Positions 28,508 to 37,472 of a stretch of 64,000 bases of DNA are shown piece by piece. The notes beneath the pieces were generated by a model. That model saw only the letters and a program-made list of their open reading frames with translations, was not told the DNA's origin and searched no databases. The number at the start of each line of letters is the position of its first letter. Position 1 is the stretch's first letter. This DNA is from Myxococcales bacterium (lineage in GTDB: Bacteria > Myxococcota_A > Polyangia > Polyangiales > DASUME01): assembly GCA_047601445.1 (NCBI GenBank), contig JASGJH010000001.1, positions 5,076,201 to 5,140,200 of the forward strand. Reading direction: 5' to 3'. Made by a program: the position numbers and the translations under genes.

Positions 28508-29497
28508 ATGCCCCTACCGAAAGCCTTCGAATCCCTACGCATCCCCGCGGTGGCGGCGCCGATGTTCTTGACCTCGGGCCCAGCCCTGGTCAGCGCCTGC
28601 TGCAAGGCCGGTATGGTCGGTACCTTGCCCGCCCTCAACCAGCGCACCACCGAGGGCTTCGCAGACTGGCTGCGCGAGATCCGCGATGAGCTCGAGCGCC
28701 ATGCCCAAACCACCGGTCAGCAGGCGGCGCCCTTCGGTGTGAACTTGATCGTGCACAAGACCAACCCGCGCGTGATGGCCGATCTCGAGGTGTGCGCCGA
28801 GTTCAAGGTTCCGCTGATCATCACCTCACTCGGTGCGGCCCACGAGGTGGTGGAGAAGGTGCACTCCTATGGCGGCCTGGTGTTCCACGACGTGACCACC
28901 GCCAAGCACGCCAAGAAGGCGGCGGAGGCGGGCGTCGACGGGCTGATCTTGGTCTCGGCCGGTGCGGGCGGTCACGCAGGCACCTGGAGTCCGTTCGCGT
29001 TGCTCTCGGAGGTGCGCCAGTTCTTCTCGGGCACGCTGCTCCTGGCGGGCTGCATCTCGAGCGGCCGTGACATCGCGGCGGCCCAGATGATGGGTGCCGA
29101 CCTGGCCTACATGGGCACGCGCTTCATCGCCACGAAAGAAGCTCTGGTGTCCCAGGCCTACAAAGACATGATCGTGGCCGCAGGGGCCGCGGACATCGTG
29201 TACACGCCCTCCATCTCGAGCATCCCGGCGAGCTTCCTGCGCCAGAGCATCGTGGACGCAGGCCTCGACCCGGACAAGCTCGCGCCTCCTGCGGGGGTGG
29301 ACCTGAGCCACATCACCGAGCCCTACAAGCCCGAGCTCAAGAACAGCAAGGCCTGGCGCGATATCTGGTCGGCGGGTCAGGGTGTGGGCGCCATCCACGA
29401 CCTGCCACCCGCGGGCGAGCTGGTGGCACGCCTGGCCGAGGAGTACCGCGCGGCCACGGCCGAGTTCGCACGTCAGAGCGCACGCTTCACCAAGTAA
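28508..29497 (+). CDS. Nitronate monooxygenase (NMO / 2-nitropropane dioxygenase family)
   Basis: ATG 28508 inside ORF 28274..29497. IPAVAAPMF..S, GMVGTLPA, DGLILVSAGAGGHAG. Confidence 0.85.
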   Translation: MPLPKAFESLRIPAVAAPMFLTSGPALVSACCKAGMVGTLPALNQRTTEGFADWLREIRDELERHAQTTGQQAAPFGVNLIVHKTNPRVMADLEVCAEFKVPLIITSLGAAHEVVEKVHSYGGLVFHDVTTAKHAKKAAEAGVDGLILVSAGAGGHAGTWSPFALLSEVRQFFSGTLLLAGCISSGRDIAAAQMMGADLAYMGTRFIATKEALVSQAYKDMIVAAGAADIVYTPSISSIPASFLRQSIVDAGLDPDKLAPPAGVDLSHITEPYKPELKNSKAWRDIWSAGQGVGAIHDLPPAGELVARLAEEYRAATAEFARQSARFTK

Positions 29498-29506
29498 GGA
29501 TTCGCC

Positions 29507-30382
29507 ATGAACTACAACACGCTCGAGTATCGCGTCGAAGACGGCATCCTCACGCTCTGGCTCAATCGGCCCGAGCAACTCAACTCGTTCACGGTGGAGA
29601 TGGCCCACGAGTTGATCCACGCCTTCGAGCGCGCCAGCGACGACGACGCCGTGCGCGCGGTGGTGGTGACCGGCAAGGGCAAAGCGTTCTGCGCCGGCAT
29701 GGACCTCTCCAAGCCCGGCAATGTGTTCGGACTCGACGAGAGCCAGCGCCCGAGCAACCTCGACATGCGCGAGAACCTCGAGGAGCCCTCCATCCTCGAC
29801 GGCGTGCGCGACACGGGTGGCCGCGTGACGCTCGCCATCTACAAGTGCAAGAAGCCCGTGATCGCCGCCATCAACGGCGCCGCGGTGGGCATCGGCGCCA
29901 CCATGACGTGCGCGATGGACGTGCGTTTGGCCTCCAGCAAGGCCCGCGTGGGCTTCGTGTTCGGCAAGATCGGCATCGTGCCCGAGGCCTGCTCGAGCTG
30001 GTTCTTGCCGCGCATCGTGGGCATCTCGCAGGCCCTCGAGTGGTGCTACAGCGGCGACATCTTCACGGCCGAAGAGGGCAAGGCCGGCGGGCTCATCAAG
30101 GCCGTCTACGAGCCCGAGGAGCTCCTGCCCAAGGCCTACGAGCTAGCGCGCAAGTTCAGCCAGAACCGCTCCCCCGTGGGCATCGCCCTCACGCGACAGA
30201 TGATGTACCGCAACAGCGCGCAGCCCTCGCCCCTGGACGCGCACCGCGTGGACTCGCTCGCCATGTTCTACACGAGCATCGGCGACGGCAAGGAGGGCGT
30301 GAAGGCGTTCCTCGAGAAGCGCGACACCCAGTTCGCGGGCAAGGCCAGCGAGATGCCCCCGTTCTACCCGTGGTGGGAGTAA
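29507..30382 (+). CDS. Enoyl-CoA hydratase/isomerase (crotonase) family protein
   Basis: LNRPEQLNSF, VVVTGKGKAFCAGMDL, AAINGAAVGIGATM. Confidence 0.9.
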   Translation: MNYNTLEYRVEDGILTLWLNRPEQLNSFTVEMAHELIHAFERASDDDAVRAVVVTGKGKAFCAGMDLSKPGNVFGLDESQRPSNLDMRENLEEPSILDGVRDTGGRVTLAIYKCKKPVIAAINGAAVGIGATMTCAMDVRLASSKARVGFVFGKIGIVPEACSSWFLPRIVGISQALEWCYSGDIFTAEEGKAGGLIKAVYEPEELLPKAYELARKFSQNRSPVGIALTRQMMYRNSAQPSPLDAHRVDSLAMFYTSIGDGKEGVKAFLEKRDTQFAGKASEMPPFYPWWE

Positions 30383-30391
30383 GCTCCTGCC

Positions 30392-32176
30392 ATGCCGAAT
30401 CCGCTGCTGAACGACCGTGACGTCAACTTCCTCCTGCACGAGGTGTTCGACGTCGAGCAGCTGTGCGCCCTGCCGTATTTCAGGGAGCACTCGCGCGAGA
30501 CCTTCGACCTCTATCTGGACGCTTGCCGCAAGCTCGCGCGCGAGCAGCTCTTTCCGAGCTATCGCCCCATCGACGAGGCGCCGCCCAGGCTGGTCAACGG
30601 TCGCGTGCAGGTGCACCCGCGCATGCAGGAGCTGTTCGGTGCGCTGTCGCGGCTCGGCGTGGTCAACGCCACGCGGCCGGATGCAGTGGGAGGCCAGCAG
30701 CTGCCGTTCACGCTGTGGAGTGTGGGCGGAGCCTATTTGAGCGCGGGCAACTTGAGCGCGTATGGCTACGTCGGGCTGAGCGCAGGCGCGGCGCGCTTGA
30801 TCGAGTCGTTCGGCAGCGAAGAACTCAAGGCCGCGTACATGGAGCCCATCTATCGAGGCGAGTGGACGGGCACCATGGCGCTCACCGAGCCGCAGGCCGG
30901 GTCGAGCCTGGCCGACGTGAAGACGCGAGCGGTTCCTCAGCCCGACGGTAGCTACCGCTTGAGTGGCTCCAAGATCTTCATCTCGGGCGGCGATCAGAAC
31001 ATCACCGAGAACATCGTGCACATGACGTTGGGCCGCATCGAAGGCGCCCCGCCCGGTGTGAAAGGCATCAGCCTGTTCGCGGTGCCGCAGAGGCGCCTGG
31101 AGGGTGGCGCGCTGGTCGACAACGACACCGCCACCGCGGGTGTGATCCACAAGATCGGCTGGCGTGGACTGCCGAGCATCGCGCTCAACCTCGGCGAGCG
31201 CGGCGAGTGCCACGGCTACCTGGTGGGCAAGCCCAACCTCGGGCTCAGCTACATGTTCCAGATGATGAACGAGGCGCGCTTGATGGTGGGCATGCAGGGC
31301 ATCGCCACCGCCTACGTGGCGTACCAGGAAGCGCTCGAATATGCGCGCACGCGCCCGCAGGGACGCGCGCTCAGCGACAAGAACCCGGAGGCGCCGCAGG
31401 TTCCCATCGTGCAGCACGCGGACGTGCGCCGCATGCTGCTGCGCCAGAAAGCCATCGTGGAAGGCGCGCTGGGGCTGTTGATCTTCGTGGCGGTGCAGTC
31501 GGATCTGGCTGAGCACTCCGAGGTGCCCGCGCAGAAGGAGCGCGCCCAGCTGCTGCTCGATCTGCTGACGCCGGTCACCAAGAGCTTTCCGGCCGAGCAC
31601 GGCTTCGAGGCGAACGCGCTGGCGGTGCAGATCCACGGTGGTTACGGGTACTCGAGCGAATACTTGCCCGAGGCGTGGCTGCGCGACCAGAAGCTCAACA
31701 GCATCCACGAGGGCACCACCGGTATCCAAAGCCTCGACCTGCTCGGGCGCAAGGTGAGCATGCACGAGGGTCGTGCCCTGCTCGAGTTCGCGCGCCAAGT
31801 GCGCGCGGCCGTGGGCAGCGCGGAGGCAGCCAACGTGGACCCGCGCCTCAGCACGGCCATCGCACAGGCCCTCGAGACCACGCTGGAGCTCACCCAGCAC
31901 TTGCTCGGCTTGCGCGACGCGGAAGCGCGCCTGTTGCACAGCGCGGACTACCTCGAGTTGTTCTCGCTCCTGGCCGTGGGCTTTATCTGGCTCAAGCAGG
32001 CAACCCAGGCTCAGATGGCATTGCGCGCGGAGGGCGCCGACGCGAACTTCTATCGCGGCAAGCTGGCGGCAGCGCAGTACTGGATCTTGACCGACGTGCC
32101 TCGGATTCAGCAGCTGGCGGCGTTGTGTCGAAGCGGCGAAGATTCCTACGCCAGGCTCTCGCCCGACTGGCTCTGA
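30392..32176 (+). CDS. Long-form acyl-CoA dehydrogenase (about 590 aa)
   Basis: [36 protein letters not shown], plus an extended C-terminal helical domain. 9-nt gap after the hydratase gene. Confidence 0.9.
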   Translation: MPNPLLNDRDVNFLLHEVFDVEQLCALPYFREHSRETFDLYLDACRKLAREQLFPSYRPIDEAPPRLVNGRVQVHPRMQELFGALSRLGVVNATRPDAVGGQQLPFTLWSVGGAYLSAGNLSAYGYVGLSAGAARLIESFGSEELKAAYMEPIYRGEWTGTMALTEPQAGSSLADVKTRAVPQPDGSYRLSGSKIFISGGDQNITENIVHMTLGRIEGAPPGVKGISLFAVPQRRLEGGALVDNDTATAGVIHKIGWRGLPSIALNLGERGECHGYLVGKPNLGLSYMFQMMNEARLMVGMQGIATAYVAYQEALEYARTRPQGRALSDKNPEAPQVPIVQHADVRRMLLRQKAIVEGALGLLIFVAVQSDLAEHSEVPAQKERAQLLLDLLTPVTKSFPAEHGFEANALAVQIHGGYGYSSEYLPEAWLRDQKLNSIHEGTTGIQSLDLLGRKVSMHEGRALLEFARQVRAAVGSAEAANVDPRLSTAIAQALETTLELTQHLLGLRDAEARLLHSADYLELFSLLAVGFIWLKQATQAQMALRAEGADANFYRGKLAAAQYWILTDVPRIQQLAALCRSGEDSYARLSPDWL

Positions 32177-32312
32177 GGCTCGTTCCCGGCGCGGCGTTGT
32201 AGCAACCTGCCGCACTGTGATATCGAAAATCGGCTCGAAACACGCGGCGAACCTCGTGGATCGGCGACCTCCTTGATCGCTCGCGTAGGAGAAGCCATAC
32301 GCAGCGGGTCGT

Positions 32313-33107
32313 ATGCCGTTTAACGTCGCTGCTTGGTTGAGTCAGTCGAACGTCGCGTGGCGCCGCGCCCTTGGCACCGCCCTTCTCGCGAGCGCGTTGT
32401 TGTCTCTGTTTGCTCCGCCCGCGCACGCCGAGTCACCTCCTGCGCCCGCCGGTCAGGCGGAGGTCGCGCAGCTCGAGCGGGAGCTTGACCTGCATGCGCG
32501 GGAGGGGCGCCGCGAGCGCATCTCCCAGGGCATCATGGGCCTGGTGCTGGGCGCGACCCTCTTGCCCGCAGGCATCGTGCTCGGGAAGCGCAATGACGAG
32601 CTCGTGCACTTGGTGAGCATCGGCACCACCGTGACGGGTGCGACCCAGCTGCTGAAGCTGCCGGGGCTCATCTTCCCCTCGGACATGGAGCGCATGCGCG
32701 GCGACTACCTCAAGCTCAAGCAAAGCGGACTGTCGGGCTCGGAGCTCGTGCGCGCGACCGAGAAGATCTGGCAGAAGGAAGCGCGCCAGGAGCACCTCGG
32801 GCGCGCCGTCATCGGCTACTTCCACCTCGGCGTGGGTATGGCGGCCATCCCGCTCGGCCTCTTCTTCATGCTGAGACACGAGGTGGGCGACATGAGCCAC
32901 ACCAAGCAGCTCAACGTGGGCTCCACGCTGCTCGGCATCGGCATTCCCGTCATGGGGGTGGCGGCCGAGCTCCTGTTCAACAAGGGACCCGTGGAGCGCT
33001 CCTGGCAGAGTCACGAGGTGACACGGCGTGAACGACTGACACGCATCGAACTCAACGTGGCGCCCGTGGCCCACGGTGGAATGCTCTCCGCAGGTGGCCG
33101 CTTCTGA
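32313..33107 (+). CDS. Hypothetical membrane protein with signal peptide
   Basis: 264-aa ORF with signal-like N-terminus ..LFAPPAHAE and about 4 hydrophobic segments. Confidence 0.5.
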   Translation: MPFNVAAWLSQSNVAWRRALGTALLASALLSLFAPPAHAESPPAPAGQAEVAQLERELDLHAREGRRERISQGIMGLVLGATLLPAGIVLGKRNDELVHLVSIGTTVTGATQLLKLPGLIFPSDMERMRGDYLKLKQSGLSGSELVRATEKIWQKEARQEHLGRAVIGYFHLGVGMAAIPLGLFFMLRHEVGDMSHTKQLNVGSTLLGIGIPVMGVAAELLFNKGPVERSWQSHEVTRRERLTRIELNVAPVAHGGMLSAGGRF

Positions 33108-33148
33108 GCGAGGCGCTCTACGTTCTGGCGCTGTACCCCGCCACGCTG

Positions 33149-33724
33149 TTGGCCTGGCGCGCGCGCCGCGTAAACCCGCCTTGGCCGCGCTGCACTTTCG
33201 TCGGTCTGCTGCTCATTGGCCTGCCAACGCTACTGCAGTTCACGGGGCTACCCGAGCTGCTCCCCTGGCTCGAGCGGAATGGGGACGCCGTCGCGCGCGG
33301 TGAGCTCTGGCGCCTGTTGAGTGCGGCCCTCGTGCAGGATGGCGGACCACCCGGCGCGCTGTTCAACCTGTCTGCCTTGTTGCTGGTCGGCAGCGTCGCC
33401 GAGCGCTGGCTCTCCGCGGGGCGCTGGCTGAGCGTGGCGCTCACCGGGAGCCTGGTGGGCAACCTCGCGGGCCTGCTCTGGCAGCCCGTGGGCGCGGGGA
33501 ATTCGGCCCTGGTGTTCGGCCTGGCCGGATCCCTCGGCACGCTATGCCTGCGCGCTCGCGTCGCGGGCAGCGCATGGCTCGCGCTCAGCTTCGCTGCGGC
33601 GCTGGCCCTCCTGCTCGACCGTGACCTGCACGGCGCGGCGGCCTGCGCGGGTGCGCTCGTCGCATGGACGTTTCCACGCCCTACGACGAGCGCTTCCGAC
33701 TCAGAACAACACGGGCGCCGCTAG
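33149..33724 (+). CDS. Rhomboid-family intramembrane serine protease (probable)
   Basis: WRLLSAALVQDG....LFNL (helix-2 region) and GAGNSALVFGLAGS (GxS catalytic helix) in a multi-TM protein. The in-frame CTG at 33104, overlapping the previous stop, could extend the N-terminus. Confidence 0.55.
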   Translation: MAWRARRVNPPWPRCTFVGLLLIGLPTLLQFTGLPELLPWLERNGDAVARGELWRLLSAALVQDGGPPGALFNLSALLLVGSVAERWLSAGRWLSVALTGSLVGNLAGLLWQPVGAGNSALVFGLAGSLGTLCLRARVAGSAWLALSFAAALALLLDRDLHGAAACAGALVAWTFPRPTTSASDSEQHGRR

Positions 33725-36004
33725 CGCGCAGATGTTGTTGATGCACTCCATGCCCTCGGTGGCGAAGCCGCAGCAGTCTTCGTTCTTCTCGCAGCGGTCG
33801 TACTCCGCCGAGCAGCTGGGAGCGGTGGCCGAGCAGGTGGTGGCACCCGCGGGACCGCCGCAATAACCGCCGCAGCACTCGTCGCCCGTCTCGCAGCTCA
33901 TGCCGTCGCCCTTGCACGGGTCGAGCACCCAGTAGCCGCGCATGTTGCCCGCCTGCAGCTCCTGCGCGGGCAGGTAGAACGCGGGATGGCTCGGATCCTT
34001 GCCAGGCTCGGGATTGAGGTCGAGCGCCGCCACCCAGAGCTTCTTGGGCGTGATCTGCTTGGGATCCTGCCAGTTGTACTCGCGAGGGTCGCTGGTCCTG
34101 GGATCGACGTGGGCAATCTGGCCGTACATGCGACGACTGGTGAAGACGACCCAGGCATAACCGCCCGAGACCACCGGGTTCACCGTGGGCTCGAAGTTCT
34201 GCTGATTGTCCTTGTCGTGATTGGTGCCGTAGGGCGAACCGCTGCCGTTGAGACCGTCGAGGCGCACGGCCTGCTTGGACTCGATGTCGATGTACCAGAG
34301 CTCGGCCTTCACGCCGTTGCGCGTGAAGCCGTACTCGTTCTCCTCGACCTCGACCTCGAACACGATGCCCTTGCCGTCCGGCGTGAAGCTCGGCCAGGCC
34401 ACGGGCTTGCCGTTTTCGGGTGTGTAGAGCTTCTGCACGGCCCCGAAGGTCTGGGTGGCCGGGTCGTAGTCCACGATGGCGAGCGACTTGTTGTCGCCAC
34501 CGGCGGCGTCGTTACCCCAGTTGAACGCGAGGCGCTTGCCGTCCGGCGAAAACGCCGGCAAGCGGGCCTTGAGGGTCTCGGGCAGCCCGCGGCGACCCTG
34601 GTTGGCGAGATCGGGCAAGGAGTACACCTGGCTCGAGCCGTCGGTCCTGAGCGGGCTGTCGCCAGCGAAGGAGACCGCGAAGCTGCCATCCGGATAGATC
34701 GCGGGATACGTGATGTTCTGGGTACCGGGCATGGTCTCCGCGATGGGATCCATGCGCAGGTCGTAGATGCTGCTGTTCTTGTAGCCGTTGTCGCCGTGCA
34801 CGCTGTGCAGGTTGTTGCCCTGCGCCGCCACCGAGTGGCACACGCGGCAGCCGGTCTGGTCGTCGCTGTTGGTGCCTGCCACCACGTCAGGTGCCGTGCG
34901 CCCGGGCTTGATGGCCAAGGTGCCTGCGCCGAAGTCCGGCCCGGTGCGCTTGCTGCCGTCGCTGCGACAGTCCGAGGCGTTGTCCGTCAGGCCGCAGCTC
35001 GGTTCACCCGAGTTGGCGAGGGGCATGCCGTCCACGAGCACCTTGGTGCCGTAGGAGTTGTAATACACGGTGCCCTTGAGCGAGGCCTGCGCGATGGTGA
35101 CCTGCACCTTCACCGGACCCACGGCCTGGGCGGCCTCGCCGAACACGAGCTCGATGCTGAGCGGCGCGCTGGCGCTGGAGAGCACCGCCGCGTTCCAGAT
35201 GGCGGTGGGGACGATCAGGTTGTCGAAGAGGTTCGTGTTGGAGAAGCCCGACTTGGGCGGCGCCGCGAAGTAGCCCTTGTACTCGAAGTTGGTCGTGCTC
35301 AGGTGGAGCATCGCCGACGTGAACGTGTGCTTGTCGAGGTCGTTGGCGGGACCGTTGGCCCACTGCAGCACCGGAGGCAAGAGCCCGCGCGGCAGCACGG
35401 TGTTGTCGTAGGGGTAGAGCAGCTTCACGTCGGCGTCGGCCACCGGCGTGCCGTTCAACACCGTCTGCTGGTCGGGCGTGGCGCCCGGAGCAGGACCATC
35501 GCCGCCCACGCCGCCGAAGCCACCTGCGCCCGGGTCGGTGGGCGCAGCCTGGTAGTTCGGGTCGCCCGCCGTGTCGGTCCAGTTGATGGCCACAGTGAGG
35601 TTGATCGACCCGGTGATGTTGCCGTACTTGGCGGTGATCTTCACCACCCCCGCGGCCTTGCCGCTGGCCGTGAACATGCCGGTGGCTGGATCGATATTGC
35701 CGATCTCCACGCGGTCCACGGTCCACACCGGCGAGATGGCGCGGTCGTCCTGGGTAGCGGCGAACTGCAGCGTGGCCGGTGCGCTCGAGTTGAGCGTGAG
35801 GGTTTGGTCCGTGGGCGTGAGCACCAGCGGCGAGGTGGAGGGCATCGGGTTCTGGTCGCCGTCGCCCCCCATGCTGCCGTCGATCCCGCCATCGCCATCC
35901 CCGAGGCCGCTGTCGCCGTCGTCATCGACGTTGCCGTTCGAGCCGCCGGGTCCGCAGCCTGCCAGGTAGAGCAGACCACCGAAGGCCGCAGAGTAGAGAC
36001 GCAT
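33701..36004 (-). CDS. Large secreted lipoprotein: Asp/Gly linker, Ig-like domain, single CxxCH motif, TolB-like beta-propeller repeats, C-terminal Cys-rich module
   Basis: ATG 36004 gives MRLYSAAFGGLLYLAGC (lipobox). Big_2-like segment ..GVVKITAKYGNITGSINLTV. GCRVCHSV. PDGKRLAF / PDGKGIVF propeller-type repeats. C-terminus ..SCETGDECCGGYCGG..CEKNEDCCGF..CINNIC. Confidence 0.7.
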   Translation of the reverse strand: MRLYSAAFGGLLYLAGCGPGGSNGNVDDDGDSGLGDGDGGIDGSMGGDGDQNPMPSTSPLVLTPTDQTLTLNSSAPATLQFAATQDDRAISPVWTVDRVEIGNIDPATGMFTASGKAAGVVKITAKYGNITGSINLTVAINWTDTAGDPNYQAAPTDPGAGGFGGVGGDGPAPGATPDQQTVLNGTPVADADVKLLYPYDNTVLPRGLLPPVLQWANGPANDLDKHTFTSAMLHLSTTNFEYKGYFAAPPKSGFSNTNLFDNLIVPTAIWNAAVLSSASAPLSIELVFGEAAQAVGPVKVQVTIAQASLKGTVYYNSYGTKVLVDGMPLANSGEPSCGLTDNASDCRSDGSKRTGPDFGAGTLAIKPGRTAPDVVAGTNSDDQTGCRVCHSVAAQGNNLHSVHGDNGYKNSSIYDLRMDPIAETMPGTQNITYPAIYPDGSFAVSFAGDSPLRTDGSSQVYSLPDLANQGRRGLPETLKARLPAFSPDGKRLAFNWGNDAAGGDNKSLAIVDYDPATQTFGAVQKLYTPENGKPVAWPSFTPDGKGIVFEVEVEENEYGFTRNGVKAELWYIDIESKQAVRLDGLNGSGSPYGTNHDKDNQQNFEPTVNPVVSGGYAWVVFTSRRMYGQIAHVDPRTSDPREYNWQDPKQITPKKLWVAALDLNPEPGKDPSHPAFYLPAQELQAGNMRGYWVLDPCKGDGMSCETGDECCGGYCGGPAGATTCSATAPSCSAEYDRCEKNEDCCGFATEGMECINNICALAAPVLF

Positions 36005-36457
36005 GGACGATGTATGGAGTCGAGCCGCCAAAGGAAACCTCGATGGAAGAGAGTGTCCCGCCAAGCGAAACGGGTCACGGCCTGGTGCGTGCCGGGAGAC
36101 GCGCAGTCGCAACGGCGCAGCAGCTCCCAGTCAGGTGGTTGAACACCAGACGAGATTCCATTTTCCAATCGTCACGTCGCCCCGCGTCAAGCGTCAAAAC
36201 ACAGCGATTTACACGCGTACATAGCGGGGGACGGAGCGCGCCGGAGACGTGGGTAGGATGATCGCGCTGAGCGGTACACTGCACCGTTCACCGTGCCCGT
36301 GTTGGTCGTTGTCACTTGGCGGTAAGACCGGTCGTCGCCGTCGCCCTCGCCCTCAACCGCCTGCGCTGTCCAAGTCGACGTGGACCGTGGCAACTGTCCA
36401 CGCCCACGACAACCGCTTTCCGCGGACCGCGTCAACGAGTTCAGCTGGGCCCGCGGA

Positions 36458-36534
36458 GGTCTCTCGAGAACACCCTAGCTCTCTCGAGAACACCAGGCCT
36501 TCTCGAGAACACCAGGCCTTCTCGAGAAGAGACC
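36458..36534. repeat. Tandem array of four 19-20-bp units, each centred on the palindrome (T/C)TCTCGAGAA
   Basis: Read directly. CTCGAG at 36463, 36483, 36502 and 36521. Unit is about TCTCGAGAACACCAGGCCT. The outer ends are inverted (GGTCTC ... GAGACC). Confidence 0.9.
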
Positions 36535-36585
36535 GCATGAGCCACCCCGTGGCCCCCGCTCCGCTTTACCGAGCCCAGGGGAGGA

Positions 36586-37458
36586 TCAGAGCCCTCGTGA
36601 CCACTCGGGGCGCAATGCCACCTCGCCGGCCAGGGCCGCATCGATGGTGGCCACGATGCGTTCGCGGTCCTCGGGCAGCACGCCGGCCAGGGGTAAGTAA
36701 TTGGAGGCGTGGTTGGTGCGGAAGAGCGCGCGGCGCGGGCGCGCCTCGTGGACGATGGTCCTCAGCTCACCGAACATCTGCGCCAGGCTCGGCAACACGA
36801 ACTTGCCCTTCTGACGCAACGTGGCCAGCGGCGTGCTCGGCACCACCGTGGTGGTGAGGGCTGCCAAGAACTCCGGGTCCATGGCCGTGACGAGCTCCGC
36901 CGTGCGCGCCGCATGCTCCGCAGAGCGCTCCACGCCGGCTACTCCGAGCATGGTGATCACGCTGATCTCCATGCCCGCCGCATGGGCCCGCTGTGCCGCC
37001 TCCACGTGCTCCGCGAACGTGCTTCCCTTGGCGATGCGCTTCAAGGTCACGTCGTCGCCAGACTCCGGACCGATGTACAAACGCGTGAGCCCGGCCTCGC
37101 GCAGCTGCCTCAGCTCCTCGTCGCTCTTGGCCAACACGTTGCGCGCCATGGCGTAGCAGGAAACGCGCTCGAGGTGCGCGAAGCCGCGCTGCATGCTCTG
37201 CAGCAGGGCCAGCCAGTGATCGACGGGCAAGATCAGCGCATCTCCGTCGGCCACGAATACCTTGCGCACGCGGGAGCCGAAGCGACGCGCGGCCTCGTCG
37301 AGGTCCTCGAGAGACTCCGCGAGCGGGCGCACGCTGAAGTCCTTGTCGCGATACATGTCGCAGTACACGCAGGCATTCCACGAGCACCCGATGGTGGCTT
37401 GCAGGATGTAGGCGTCGGCCTCGGAGGGGGGACGATAGAGCTGGCCTTGATAGCGCAC
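36586..37458 (-). CDS. Radical SAM-family protein with C-x4-C-x2-C cluster motif
   Basis: YRPPSEADAYILQATIGCSWNACVYCDMY, then a TIM-barrel-like body (VADGDAL, YIGPESGDD). GTG 37458 (AGGA upstream) is preferred. The longest ORF starts at GTG 37506 and would overlap the upstream gene by 34 nt. Confidence 0.75.
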   Translation of the reverse strand: MRYQGQLYRPPSEADAYILQATIGCSWNACVYCDMYRDKDFSVRPLAESLEDLDEAARRFGSRVRKVFVADGDALILPVDHWLALLQSMQRGFAHLERVSCYAMARNVLAKSDEELRQLREAGLTRLYIGPESGDDVTLKRIAKGSTFAEHVEAAQRAHAAGMEISVITMLGVAGVERSAEHAARTAELVTAMDPEFLAALTTTVVPSTPLATLRQKGKFVLPSLAQMFGELRTIVHEARPRRALFRTNHASNYLPLAGVLPEDRERIVATIDAALAGEVALRPEWSRGL

Positions 37459-37472
37459 GGAGTCCTCGCGCC

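Noticed and set aside
30143-32215. 690-aa ORF on the minus strand. Similar long ORFs are at 33986..36142, 15968..17527, 24670..25995, 47690..49042, 38202..39569, 40693..42144, 22309..23568, 5959..6041, 7598..8965 and 17185..18459.
   Set aside because: They lie antisense to genes with clear family motifs. They are Arg/Ala/Gly/His/Pro-rich with no recognisable domain. Long stop-free antisense frames are expected in very GC-rich coding DNA.
36005-36457. Small ORFs in the long spacer (e.g. 36187..36435, 36353..36538, 36316..36540) as possible RiPP precursors for the radical SAM enzyme.
   Set aside because: No RBS, Arg/Ser/Thr-rich composition typical of random GC-rich frames, and no leader/core logic. 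The evidence is insufficient.
36458-36534. Considered as a CRISPR array or minisatellite.
   Set aside because: The units are directly abutting 19-20-bp repeats without spacers, and there are no cas genes. The array is kept as a regulatory-type tandem repeat instead.
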